Positions 10,225-19,986 of a stretch of DNA of 64,000 bases are shown here, one piece after another (the first letter of the stretch is position 1; the number at the start of each line of letters is the position of its first letter). The notes under the pieces were generated by a model, which was given only the letters and a program-made list of their open reading frames with translations, ran no database searches and was not told the DNA's origin. The DNA is from an uncultured Acidobacteriota bacterium. Its GTDB lineage: Bacteria > Acidobacteriota > UBA6911. Position numbers and translations under genes: made by a program. The DNA lies in the NCBI GenBank assembly GCA_963718845.1, contig CAVRAD010000009.1:193360-257359 (forward strand). Reading direction: 5' to 3'.

Positions 10225-10272
10225 CGAATGACTCCAATCGTAATCGTAATTCGTAAATCGTAAATCGTAAAT
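10195..10272. repeat. Inverted heptamer cassette (GACGAAT)n ... (AATCGTA)n
   Basis: The left array overlaps the ileS stop and encodes its last residues; the right array is in the opposite orientation. Confidence 0.75.
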
Positions 10273-10284
10273 TGTGACAATTTA

Positions 10285-10806
10285 ATGATAAAAAACAGAT
10301 ATTACTTTGTTGCCTTCATCATTCTCCTTGTCGATTACCTGACAAAATGGGTTGTGCGGGTGAGGCTGGATCCGATTCAGTCCGTCGAAATCATACCGGG
10401 ATATCTGCGACTGTCATACTGGCAGAATTCGGGTGTGGCGTTCGGGTTATTCGATGCGGTCGCGTCCGTTTGGAAACCTTACATTTTGGCTGCGCTGGCA
10501 GTCGTGGCCGTCGTGGCCATTGTCGTCTACGGCGCGCATATGCCGCCGGAACGCAAACTCCTGCGGGCCTCGCTCGCCGTCATCATAGGCGGAATTCTCG
10601 GCAACTTCGTGGACCGCATCGTGCGCGGATACGTCATCGATTTTATTGACTTTCACATCTACGACACTTTTCACTGGCCGACTTTTAATGTGGCGGATTC
10701 GGCCATTACCATCGGCATTGCGCTGCTCCTGATCGACACCGTCAAGAATCCGGCGGTAAATCCTGCTGCAAAGGAAGATGCGGAGACCGTGAGCGGTCGA
10801 GAATAA
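10285..10806 (+). CDS. lspA: Lipoprotein signal peptidase
   Basis: NSGVAFG, GGILGNFVDR, VIDFI, FNVADSAI; ileS-lspA synteny. Confidence 0.96.
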   Translation: MIKNRYYFVAFIILLVDYLTKWVVRVRLDPIQSVEIIPGYLRLSYWQNSGVAFGLFDAVASVWKPYILAALAVVAVVAIVVYGAHMPPERKLLRASLAVIIGGILGNFVDRIVRGYVIDFIDFHIYDTFHWPTFNVADSAITIGIALLLIDTVKNPAVNPAAKEDAETVSGRE

Positions 10807-10854
10807 TGGAGATTGGGAAACGCAGAATTCAGGAGCCAGAATTCAGGAGCCAGA

Positions 10855-11540
10855 ATGCGATCGCTGTTTCATGCCGGATCCTGGGCAGTCTTGCTCCTTT
10901 TCGTCTCCGTGTTCTTTCTGATGATCGCCACACCGATTCCTTCTCTGTCGACCTGGAGGCGGTGGCGGCGGGATTGCAGCAGCGATACGCATCCGCAGTA
11001 ACCATGAGCGGGAGTTTTCAGCAGACGTATCGCGCTCCCGGAATTGAGCAGATCGAATCGGGAGTTTTCCGGATGAAGCGTCCCGGCCTTATGCGCTGGG
11101 AGTATCGCCTGCCTGAGGCAAAACTGTTTGTCGCCGATGGACGAGAAGCCTTCCTCTACGTTCCATCGGATCGCCAGGTCACGATCCAGTCTTTCAGTGC
11201 CTCGGATATGCGCGGCACGCCGCTGGAATTTTTGCTGGGCGGCATGGATATCCGTAAGAGCTTTGTCGTTTCATGGGAAAACAATTTCAGGCCGACAGGG
11301 GAACCGACTCTGCTGATCCGGTTGACGCCCCGCAGCGGCCAAAGCGAATATGAATTCCTGGTCCTGGCGATTGATCCGAAGATCTATGAACTCCGCCGCA
11401 TCACCATGCACGAACACGGAGGCAACACCTCGGAATTCCGTCTGTCGAACCTGACGGCGAATGCAAAGATAGACAACAAAGAATTCCAGTTTAAGCCGCC
11501 GAAGGGAACAGAAGTCATGCGCCTGGAAGAGGGAAAATAG
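10855..11540 (+). CDS. lolA: Outer-membrane lipoprotein carrier LolA, frameshifted near 10945
   Basis: A signal-peptide-like N-terminus (MRSLFHAGSWAVLLLFVSVFFL) joins FQQTY...KRPGLMRWEY..KLFVADG..FQFKPPKG in another frame. Confidence 0.85.
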
Positions 11541-11618
11541 ATTCCAGATTCCAGATTCCAAATTCCAGACTGAACAAACGAATCCGGAATTCGGAATCGG
11601 AATCCGGAATCCGGAATC
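11538..11618. repeat. Inverted heptamer cassette (AGATTCC)n ... (GGAATCC)n
   Basis: Begins at the lolA stop and ends just before the suhB start. Confidence 0.85.
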
Positions 11619-11625
11619 AAATATC

Positions 11626-12457
11626 ATGTTGAATATTGGTGAATGTGCCGAACTTGGAGAGACCGTCGCGCGGGAGGCCGGGCGTATTCTGCTTGAGAGT
11701 TTCCGGACGGATTTTGCCGTAGAGCACAAGGGCACGGTGAATCTAGTGACGGAAGTGGATCTGGCGGCAGAGGAATGGATCGTCTCGCGGATCCGCAAAG
11801 CTTTTCCGTCCCATTCTATTCTTGCCGAAGAGAAGCACAGCAGTGCGCCCGCGGGAGATATTCGCTGGGTCATTGATCCGCTGGATGGGACAACGAATTA
11901 TGCCCACGGATACCCGACATTCGGCGTATCGATCGGGCTCGAAGTGGGCGGGGAACTGGAGTGGGGCGCGTGTATTCGATCCCGTCAGGGACGAACTATA
12001 CACGGCGCGCAGAGGAGGCGGTTCCTTCTGCAATGGTGTGCCGCTGCATGTTTCAAAAGTTGCCGTGCTCGATGCCAGTCTACTTGCGACCGGGTTCCCG
12101 TACGACATCCGGACCGACAGCCAGACCAATCTTGAAAATTTTTGCGCTTTCGCCCTGCGGACGCAGGGACTGCGGCGCAGCGGATCGGCAGCGCTGGATT
12201 TCTGCAGCGTCGCTGCCGGTCGTCTTGACGGCTTTTGGGAACTCAAGCTTAATCCCTGGGATTGTGCCGCAGGATATCTGATGGTGCGCGAGGCTGGCGG
12301 AATGGTGACGAATTTCCGCGGCCAGCCCGGCTCCATCTATGACCGCGAAGTCGTGGCCTCCAACAAGCCTCATTCACGGGGAAATATTGGCGGTATTGGA
12401 AACTACAAGTAAACGGATTCCAGATACGTCTGATTCCGGATTCCGGATTCCGGACTA
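11626..12457 (+). CDS. suhB: Inositol monophosphatase family (SuhB), two apparent frameshifts (~11965, ~12363)
   Basis: WVIDPLDGTTNY, LATGFPY, RRSGSAALD, WDCAAG split over frames. A one-base correction near 12363 restores ASNSLIHGEILAVL; the end coordinate is approximate. Confidence 0.88.
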
Positions 12458-12500
12458 AGCAAACTGGAATCAGGAATCAGGAATCTGGAAATCAGGAATT
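12415..12500. repeat. Inverted heptamer cassette (GATTCCG)n ... (GGAATCA)n
   Basis: Lies between suhB and yqeY. Confidence 0.8.
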
Positions 12501-12508
12501 GAGGGTTT

Positions 12509-12955
12509 ATGCGACTAAGAGATAAGATCAGCGAAGATTTAATCGCGGCTATGAAGGCCAGGGAAGCGGAGCGTCTGAGCGTCCTGCGGATGATGAAAGC
12601 GGCCGTGAGGAACAAGGAAATCGATGGGCGCCAGGAATTGGACGACGCGCAGGCTGTTCAAGTGCTTCTTGGCTTGATAAAGCAGCGGAAGGACTCCATC
12701 GAGCAGTTCACCAAAGGAGGCCGTCTCGAACTGGCCAACAAGGAAGCGGCCGAAATCAAGGTGATCGAGGAGTACCTGCCTTCAGCCGTTACCGATGAGG
12801 AAATTGCGTCTGCCGTCGATGCGGTCATTGCGGAGATGGGCGCGGCTTCGATCAAGGATATGGGAAAAGTCATGAAGGCCTGCATGGCGCGATTCGTCGG
12901 CCGCCCGGTGGATGGCCTAAAAGTCAGCGAATTGGTAAAAGCAAAACTCAACTGA
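12509..12955 (+). CDS. GatB/YqeY domain protein
   Basis: AMKA...IKQRKDSIEQF..GGR.ELA.KE..E...YLP...KDMGKVM. Confidence 0.93.
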   Translation: MRLRDKISEDLIAAMKAREAERLSVLRMMKAAVRNKEIDGRQELDDAQAVQVLLGLIKQRKDSIEQFTKGGRLELANKEAAEIKVIEEYLPSAVTDEEIASAVDAVIAEMGAASIKDMGKVMKACMARFVGRPVDGLKVSELVKAKLN

Positions 12956-13163
12956 ATTACGAATTACGAGTTGACGAATTACGAATTGCAGAATACATCG
13001 CTGCAAGGGCATTTAACCGATGTAAGGGCTTTCACTGCTTGTCTTATCCAAGACCGGGACGTATGTTTCAATTAGTAATTCGTCATAAGCGATTTTCGAG
13101 GTGTCATATCCAAGATCGGGATGTATGTTTCAATTCGTCATTCGTAATTCGTCATTCGTAATT
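12953..13163. repeat. Inverted heptamer cassette (GAATTAC)n ... (TTCGTMA)n with a duplicated core
   Basis: Core TATCCAAGAYCGGGAYGTATGTTTCAATT occurs at 13045 and 13107, each followed by heptamers. Confidence 0.8.
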
Positions 13164-13169
13164 TAGTTT

Positions 13170-14984
13170 ATGGTGTTGGAAAAGATTGAGCATCTGCCGG
13201 CTGAGCCAGGCGTTTATCTCTACAAAGACTCCCAGGGCAAAATTATTTATATAGGGAAGGCGCGTTCGCTGCGCAGCCGGGTGCGCTCCTATTTCCAGGA
13301 AAGTCGACCGCTGGATCCCAAAACGCAGCGACTGGTTGCGGAAGCTGCCGACCTCGAGTACATCGTAACCGACAGCGAAGTGGAAGCCCTGATCCTCGAA
13401 TCGACCCTGGTCAAGAAGCACCAGCCGCGATACAACATCCATCTCAAGGATGACAAGAGCTTTCCCTATTTGAAGCTTACGGTTAACGAACCGTATCCGC
13501 GCATTTTCATCACGCGCCGCATCAGGAAAGACGGCGCTCTGTATTTCGGGCCGTTTTTGCCGGCCGGCAATGCGCGCCGGACAATCAAGCTCATCAATAA
13601 ATATTTCAGACTGCGCGCCTGCAACCTGGAAATCGACGGCAAGGCGGTGCGTCCATGTCTCGACTATCAGATGAAGCGCTGCCTGGGCCCGTGCGTGGAC
13701 GGGCTCTGCACCAAAGAAGAATACGACCGCGCGGTTGAGGACGTGAAACTGCTTCTGTCGGGCAGGACCGAGGATCTCGTCCACCGTCTTGAGGCCCGCA
13801 TGAATGAGGCGGCGGAAAGGATGCACTACGAAGCTGCCGCCATGTACCGGGATTGGACCGCGATGGTGCGCGACATGTCGGAGCGCCAGAAAATGGCGCT
13901 GGAGGGCCAGGACGACTGCGACCTGTTCGGCTATTACCAGGAAGGCTCGCAGCTCGCTATGGAAGTGTTTGTCATGCGCGGCGGCCGGATGGTCGGGCGG
14001 CGCGAGTTCTATTGGGAAGATATGATTACGCTCGATCCGGGCGAGTTCTTTTCCCAGGCGCTTAATCAGTATTATTTGCAGGATACGTTTACACCGAAAG
14101 AGATCTATATCCCGGCTGATATCGAGGATGCCGAAGTGCTCGAATCCTGGCTGTCGGAACGCAAGGGCAGCAGGGTCACCATTAGATCCCCGCGACGGGG
14201 ATTGAAGTCGGAGATGCTGGACCTTGTGATGCGCAATGCGCATTTGTCGTTCGACACGCGCTTCCGCATCCTAAAGGCCAGAGGAGAAGAATTGCTAAAA
14301 CCTTTGCAGGAGGTTCTGGGACTGGAATCTCTGCCCCGGCGCATCGAGACATTCGACATTTCCCATGTGCAGGGGACCGATACGGTAGCCAGCATGGTCG
14401 TGTGCGTCAACGGCGAGATGAAACGGAACGGCTATCGCAAGTTCAAGATAGAGAGCGTGAAGGGGCCCGATGATTTTGCCGCCATGCGCGAAGTCGTGCA
14501 CCGGCACTACGAAAATGTTCTGGAGGAGGATGAGGCGAATTTGCCCGATCTTGTGGTCATTGATGGGGGCAAGGGCCAGCTGTCGGCTGCGATATCGGCG
14601 CTTGATGACCTTGGTCTGGAGAATCAGGCCGTGGCGGCCATCGCAAAAAAAGAAGAGATTCTTTTCGTAAAAGGGAAAGAAGACCATCCCATAGAACTGC
14701 CGAAAGACTCGCCGGTTCTGCATTTGATCCAGATGATGCGGGACGAAGCGCATCGTTTTGCCGTGGCATACCACCGCAAACGTCGGGAATTGCGCGACTT
14801 CGATTCGGAGTTGATGGATGTCCCGGGGATAGGGGAAGTGCGGAAGAAGGTCCTGCTGCGCGCTTTCGGAAGCCTGGACCGCGTCAAGAAGGCCGCATTT
14901 GATGAGCTTGCGCCCTATGTGGGACCCAAGGCCGCCTCCCAGATCGTTGAGTACTTTGCAAACCGGGGCGGGGAGAAGGATTAG
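13170..14984 (+). CDS. uvrC: Excinuclease ABC subunit C
   Basis: GIY-YIG (PGVY..IYIGKA), FDISH, DGGKGQ, RDEAHRFA, HhH. Confidence 0.97.
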   Translation: MVLEKIEHLPAEPGVYLYKDSQGKIIYIGKARSLRSRVRSYFQESRPLDPKTQRLVAEAADLEYIVTDSEVEALILESTLVKKHQPRYNIHLKDDKSFPYLKLTVNEPYPRIFITRRIRKDGALYFGPFLPAGNARRTIKLINKYFRLRACNLEIDGKAVRPCLDYQMKRCLGPCVDGLCTKEEYDRAVEDVKLLLSGRTEDLVHRLEARMNEAAERMHYEAAAMYRDWTAMVRDMSERQKMALEGQDDCDLFGYYQEGSQLAMEVFVMRGGRMVGRREFYWEDMITLDPGEFFSQALNQYYLQDTFTPKEIYIPADIEDAEVLESWLSERKGSRVTIRSPRRGLKSEMLDLVMRNAHLSFDTRFRILKARGEELLKPLQEVLGLESLPRRIETFDISHVQGTDTVASMVVCVNGEMKRNGYRKFKIESVKGPDDFAAMREVVHRHYENVLEEDEANLPDLVVIDGGKGQLSAAISALDDLGLENQAVAAIAKKEEILFVKGKEDHPIELPKDSPVLHLIQMMRDEAHRFAVAYHRKRRELRDFDSELMDVPGIGEVRKKVLLRAFGSLDRVKKAAFDELAPYVGPKAASQIVEYFANRGGEKD

Positions 14985-14997
14985 AGGAATAGAGGAT

Positions 14998-15170
14998 CAA
15001 AGGGGTAAAGGGGTAAAGGGGTAAAGAGGGAAAGGGTACCGTGTCCTGGGAACGCCGCCGTCTCGGCGGCTCTTTGTCGAAAAAGCCGAACAAAGGCCAA
15101 TATTGCACTATTTTGTTTGGAAATTGCGATTGCCAGCAGCCGGCTGGTGGGACGGAGTTCCCAGGACGGT
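14998..15170. repeat. Octamer run (AAAGGGGT)n plus a REP-like inverted pair
   Basis: AAAGGGGT x3-4 after uvrC, then CCTGGGAAC (15046) ... GTTCCCAGG (15157) with an internal GCCGCCG/CGGCGGC hairpin. Confidence 0.65.
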
Positions 15171-15287
15171 ATTAAGGCAAAAAGCATGCACCATTAGGGC
15201 ATTCTCGCCGGCATTTCTGTCAGGAGAGCTGAATTTTTATGGTTTTTTCTGCTAAATCTCGCTCACGCGCCGGCCGATCTGAAAGAC

Positions 15288-16102
15288 ATGCTTACACTAT
15301 TACTGCTGTTTGCGATGAAAGTGGCAATTCCGAGTGAATTGGCCTGTGTCGGATCCATTCAGGAAGGCACGCTGCCTCTGGATACGTACGTTGCAGCTGT
15401 GGAGATGGAAGGTATCGCGACCCTGGCGGTTGAGGGGCAGGTCCTTTATCTCAACGGTCCCAAGGTGTCCGCTCTAAAAGCAGGAACAATTCAACGCGTG
15501 GTGCGTCCCGAAGGGAAAGTTCGCGATCCATTGACGGGCAATGGAGTGGGGTATTATTACAGGGATATCGGAACGATAAAAATTGTTGCGGTGGAACAGA
15601 ATCAGGCAACGGCGCGGGTTCTTGCCTCTTGCCAGGGAATGCTTAAGGGCGACCTGGTGTTGCCCTATGCCCCGAAGCCGGAAGTGGAATTCGGAGGGGA
15701 ACTGTCCTCCGACACAACCGTGCTTCCGCAGCATGGCCTTGCCAGTTCTATCCTGCTTGGTAAGGATGATTTGCGCGAATTGGCTTCGGGGAGCATTTGC
15801 TTTCTCGGCCTCGGAGCGCAGGATGGAGTGAAGGCTGGAGACCGGTTCATCGTCTTCCGTCCCTACCCTGACTTCAATTCAAAAGACATGGCTGCCGTCG
15901 GGACTAATTTCGATGCGAGCTATTCGACGATGAGCACCTGGTCCTATCGCTTTAATCTGAAATGCTTCTTCATGAGCGAAAGCTTCCGCCACAAATATTG
16001 GGAGATATCGTTGTTGTGGAGACCGGGGATAGAACTTCGACGGGCAAGGTCGTCAACAGCCTGTCGGAAATACACATCGGTGACCTTATCGTAAAAAAAT
16101 AA
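15288..16102 (+). CDS. Exported hypothetical protein with two FlgT-C-like beta domains, frameshifted near 15960
   Basis: Hydrophobic N-terminus; repeated IG.I.IV.V...ATA.V...GD motif. The alternative frame gives LPPQILGDIVVVETGDRTSTGKVVNSLSEIHIGDLIVKK*. Confidence 0.65.
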
Positions 16103-16195
16103 TTGGTGTCAGGTTAGAATGCCCCCAATTTCAAATCAAAATATTGGACGGACCATTTTTTAGGGAATTGGGGGCATTCTAACCTGACACCAATT
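16101..16195. repeat. Perfect 30-bp inverted repeat (REP-like; possible bidirectional terminator)
   Basis: AATTGGTGTCAGGTTAGAATGCCCCCAATT (16101-16130) and its exact reverse complement (16166-16195), between convergent genes. Confidence 0.88.
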
Positions 16196-16202
16196 TGCTT
16201 TG

Positions 16203-17243
16203 CTAGATCACGCTGAAATCGGAAACGATAGATTTGTCTCCCAGCACCGTTCCGGGCCTCAGACGCGCTCCTTCTCCGATGTGGCATTGCCTTCCGACAA
16301 TAGCCCTTTCAATCCGTGCATTCGGCAGGATCCGTGTGCCGCTCCAAATAACGGAATCCTTGATCAAAGCACCCTCCTCGATGCGGCAGCCTTCACCCAG
16401 GACAGAGTTTTCGATAGCCACGCCCGGCTTTATGACACATTTTCCGTCAAGAATGGAGACGGTGTCGATGGAAACTTGCTGTTTTTCCCAATTATTGGGA
16501 GTGCAGGATTTCTGAGGATAGGCAGGCATTTTAGAACGGCCTGAGATAACTCCGAAGCTTGCCTCCAGGTATTTCTGCGGATTGCCAATGTCCTGCCAGT
16601 AGCCATGCGTGAGGTATGCGTAGATTGGGGCTCCTTCTTGAGCCATCGCGGGGAAGACATCACGCTCGAAGCTCTGAGCTCCTTCCGCGGGTATGCGGTT
16701 AAAAATGGAGCGCTCCAAAATGTAAATTCCGGCGTTGATCGTATCGCCCGTCACTTCGTCTTCCGGTGGTTTTTCGGTAAAACGTATAACCCGGCCGTCC
16801 TCTGCCGCTTCTACGAGGCCATAGCCGATGGGATTCATTACCCTCGCAGTGACGATGGTCGCTTCAGCCTTTTTCTCGCGGTGATACCGCAGAACGTCGA
16901 GCAAGTCGGTATCTGTGAGGATGTCTCCGTTCAGGACAATGGTCGTATCGTCGATCAGGTTTTCGGAAGTCTTGAAAGCGCCCGCTGTGCCGCGCGGAAG
17001 ATCTTCGTGCGTATAGCGCATGGTAACGCCATACTTCATCCCATCGCCGAAGATATCTGTGATCTTGCGCGGCTGATACGAAAGGCTGAGGATGATCTCG
17101 GTAATTTCGGCCCGCTTTATGCGATCGATCTGAAAAAACAGGAACGGAATGTTAGCGAGCGGCACGATGGGTTTCGGCGTATGCAGAACGAGAGGCCGCA
17201 GCCTTGCTCCTTTTCCTCCCGCAAGTATGAGAGCTTTAATCAC
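16203..17243 (-). CDS. NDP-sugar pyrophosphorylase (mannose-1-phosphate guanylyltransferase-like)
   Basis: LILAGGKGARLRPL..PKP, NGDIL, EKP, INAGIY, WQDIG and a C-terminal hexapeptide beta-helix. Confidence 0.9.
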   Translation of the reverse strand: MIKALILAGGKGARLRPLVLHTPKPIVPLANIPFLFFQIDRIKRAEITEIILSLSYQPRKITDIFGDGMKYGVTMRYTHEDLPRGTAGAFKTSENLIDDTTIVLNGDILTDTDLLDVLRYHREKKAEATIVTARVMNPIGYGLVEAAEDGRVIRFTEKPPEDEVTGDTINAGIYILERSIFNRIPAEGAQSFERDVFPAMAQEGAPIYAYLTHGYWQDIGNPQKYLEASFGVISGRSKMPAYPQKSCTPNNWEKQQVSIDTVSILDGKCVIKPGVAIENSVLGEGCRIEEGALIKDSVIWSGTRILPNARIERAIVGRQCHIGEGARLRPGTVLGDKSIVSDFSVI

Positions 17244-17368
17244 GATGCCTCCATCAGTCAAATATAATACCATGATTCCAGACATCCAGAATCCGGAATC
17301 AGGAATCCGGAATCATTTTAGATTCTATCATTCAGTATTTATGATTATGTGATACCCTACTAATAGTT

Positions 17369-18043
17369 ATGAACCTGCCAAACAGCCTTACACTTGCCCG
17401 AATCTTTCTGGTACCAATCGTCGTGGCTATGCTGCTGACCAAGGAAATCCGAACGTGGGCTTTTTGGGGCGCCAGCCTTTTCCTGGCGGCCGCGTTGACC
17501 GACATGCTGGATGGGTATCTGGCCCGGCGCAGAAAGCAGGTCACGACTTTGGGGCGACTCCTGGACCCGATAGCAGACAAGCTGCTGATCTCGTCGGCGC
17601 TGGTTTCTCTCGTTCAGCTGAAGATCGCGCCGGCATGGATGGTCGTTATTATTCTCGGCAGGGAATTTGCGGTAAGCGGGCTGCGCAGCATCGCTGCTCA
17701 CGAAGGATTTACCATCAATGTATCGACGCTGGGCAAAGGCAAAATGGTTACCCAGGTTGCCGCAGTCGTAGGCCTGATTTTGGGGCAAAAGTATGGCGGA
17801 TGGGTACAATACACCGCAAAGATGCTTCTATGGGCGGTCGTGTTTTTTGCCCTGATCTCGATGGTGCAATACTTCCGTGAATTTTGGTCTAAGCTGGACA
17901 GCAGTATCAAATACCGCGAACGCCGCCGCCAGAAGTTCCTGATGCGGCGACAGCGACGGGCAGCCGAGCGCCGCGAATTGGGACGCTTGCGGGAAATGGA
18001 GCGCATGCGCAAGCAGGAATTAGAGCCTCCGACTCCGAGTTAA
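17369..18043 (+). CDS. pgsA: CDP-diacylglycerol--glycerol-3-phosphate 3-phosphatidyltransferase
   Basis: MNLPNSLT.AR and the CDP-alcohol motif DMLDGYLARR...GRLLDPIADK. Confidence 0.95.
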   Translation: MNLPNSLTLARIFLVPIVVAMLLTKEIRTWAFWGASLFLAAALTDMLDGYLARRRKQVTTLGRLLDPIADKLLISSALVSLVQLKIAPAWMVVIILGREFAVSGLRSIAAHEGFTINVSTLGKGKMVTQVAAVVGLILGQKYGGWVQYTAKMLLWAVVFFALISMVQYFREFWSKLDSSIKYRERRRQKFLMRRQRRAAERRELGRLREMERMRKQELEPPTPS

Positions 18044-18069
18044 CGAAACTTGCGAACAGGGGGAGATGA

Positions 18070-18627
18070 ATGCTCGATACCGACAAAGCTGAGCTCCTGA
18101 AACTGGCAAGAACAACACTTGAAACCTACCTCGCGAACGGAAAAATCCCCTCTCATCAAACTTCCAGTGAGGCGTTGTCGGAGCAAAAGGGAGCCTTTGT
18201 TTCCTTGCACCAGGGAGACGAACTGCGCGGCTGCATCGGCATACTGGTCGCAGACCAGGAACTCTTCAAGATTGTGCAGCACTGCGTCCTGAGCGCCGCG
18301 CTGGAGGATACGCGCTTCATCTCCGTGGCACGGGATGAAGTGGACAGCCTGAGCATAGAGATTTCCGTCCTGACCCCATTTCGCCGCATCCAAGATATCC
18401 ATGAAATTGAAGTGGGGAAGCACGGACTCTACATAGTCCGCGGAGAATACCGCGGATTGCTGCTGCCGCAGGTCGCAACCCAGTATCGCTGGGATCGACT
18501 AACATTTCTCAAACATACGTGCCTGAAATCCGGCCTGCCGGAATCCGCCTGGCGCGACCCTCAGACGGCAATTTACACTTTCGAAGCCGAAGTTTTTTCG
18601 GACGGCTCCATTTCCAACTCAAATTAA
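18070..18627 (+). CDS. amrA: AMMECR1-domain protein (AmmeMemoRadiSam protein A)
   Basis: GAFVSL...LRGCIG, D.RF, IEISVLTP, GLLLPQV, CLKSGL. Confidence 0.92.
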   Translation: MLDTDKAELLKLARTTLETYLANGKIPSHQTSSEALSEQKGAFVSLHQGDELRGCIGILVADQELFKIVQHCVLSAALEDTRFISVARDEVDSLSIEISVLTPFRRIQDIHEIEVGKHGLYIVRGEYRGLLLPQVATQYRWDRLTFLKHTCLKSGLPESAWRDPQTAIYTFEAEVFSDGSISNSN

Positions 18628-18641
18628 GCCGCCCTATTGCG

Positions 18642-18742
18642 ATTGTCGATATCGGAATCGGTATCGCTATCGGTATCGATCATCGCAATCGGTCATCGGC
18701 CTTTGCCAATGATCGAAAACCGATCCCGATACCGATCCCGAC
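18642..18742. repeat. Inverted hexamer cassette (ATCGGW)n ... (CCGATM)n
   Basis: Shares a ~45-bp core GATCATCGCAATCGGTCATCGG..TTTGC...TGATCGAAAACCGAT with 49191-49248. Confidence 0.82.
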
Positions 18743-18783
18743 TTCCTTTGGATGTTGCGCAGTAGCGTGATATATCTACATGC

Positions 18784-19911
18784 ATGAAACGTGGCGGATT
18801 TAGGTTGATGCGGATTGGCGGGATCGAGGTGATCGTTGATTACTCATGGCTTGTTATTCTTGCGGTCTTTGCCATTGTGGGGGGATACTTCCCGCAGGCG
18901 CGCCCGAGCTATGCCGCGTCGCAATACTGGACTATGGGCGCGGCCGCAGCGGTGCTGTTCTTCCTCTCGATCCTGATCCACGAACTCGCTCATTCCTACG
19001 TCGCCATAAAGCATGGTGTCAAGGTTACAAGCATCCGGCTGCTGATATTTGGAGGATTGGCGCAAGCCACGTCGGAACCCAAAACCGGCAAGCACGAATT
19101 CCTGATAGCACTTTCCGGTCCCGCTGCGAGCATGGTTCTGGGAATGTTCTTCCTGATCGCGTATGCATCTTTTTATATGACTAACCCGATGCATCCGGCG
19201 GCCCGAGTGGCGGAATTTCTAGCCTGGGCGAATATTCTTCTGGCCGGCCTCAACCTGATTCCCGGATTTCCATTCGATGGAGGCCGCATTTTGCGCGCTT
19301 TTCTGTGGGATCGCTGGGACGATATGGCTCGTGCGACAAAGGTCGTCAGCCAGATCGGGAACGGGTGCGCGCTATTTCTGATCATCTTCGGAATCCTGCA
19401 GTTCCTGGCAACCCAAAGCCTTGGCCTGGGCATGCTGTTTGTTTTCCTGGGGTTGTTCATGAGGCATTCGGCGGCAGGCAGTTATCAGACGGTAATGCTG
19501 CGCCGCACATTGACCGGCGTGCAGGTGAAGCAGGTGATGGACGAGAATGTCGTGTCGGTGGATTGGCTGGCTTCCGTCAGCGATTTCGTCCAGGATTACA
19601 TCTATAAGCACAAGCTTACGGATTTCCCGGTTTTCAACCGCGATGAATTCGTCGGGATGGTTTCACTGGAAGGGGTTAAAACGATTTCCAAAGAGTTATG
19701 GGGCTTCAAACAGGTGCGCGACATCCTGACGCCGGTCGAAATGGTGCCCTTTTTATTGCCTGCCGATGATGCCGCCGAAGCGCTTTCCAGGATGCTCGCT
19801 GGCGATTTGGAGCAGATGGCGGTTATGGAGGATGGCCACTTCCTGGGAATCGTCTCCCGGCGTGATATCATGAATCTGTTTAAAATCAAATCCGATCTTG
19901 GAGTTGCATGA
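18784..19911 (+). CDS. Site-2 protease (M50) with a CBS pair
   Basis: HELAH, NLIPGFPFDGG, multiple TM segments, C-terminal CBS domains. Confidence 0.93.
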   Translation: MKRGGFRLMRIGGIEVIVDYSWLVILAVFAIVGGYFPQARPSYAASQYWTMGAAAAVLFFLSILIHELAHSYVAIKHGVKVTSIRLLIFGGLAQATSEPKTGKHEFLIALSGPAASMVLGMFFLIAYASFYMTNPMHPAARVAEFLAWANILLAGLNLIPGFPFDGGRILRAFLWDRWDDMARATKVVSQIGNGCALFLIIFGILQFLATQSLGLGMLFVFLGLFMRHSAAGSYQTVMLRRTLTGVQVKQVMDENVVSVDWLASVSDFVQDYIYKHKLTDFPVFNRDEFVGMVSLEGVKTISKELWGFKQVRDILTPVEMVPFLLPADDAAEALSRMLAGDLEQMAVMEDGHFLGIVSRRDIMNLFKIKSDLGVA

Positions 19912-19986
19912 CAACGCATCCATTATAAAACTCAGGGCGCCGCACAAGATACTGAACGGCGTACCGACCGTTCCCTGGAGGGTACC

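Noticed and set aside
18070-18627. Complete AmmeMemoRadiSam system
   Set aside because: Only protein A is present; no Memo-like or radical SAM gene is in the window, and dispersed arrangements are common.
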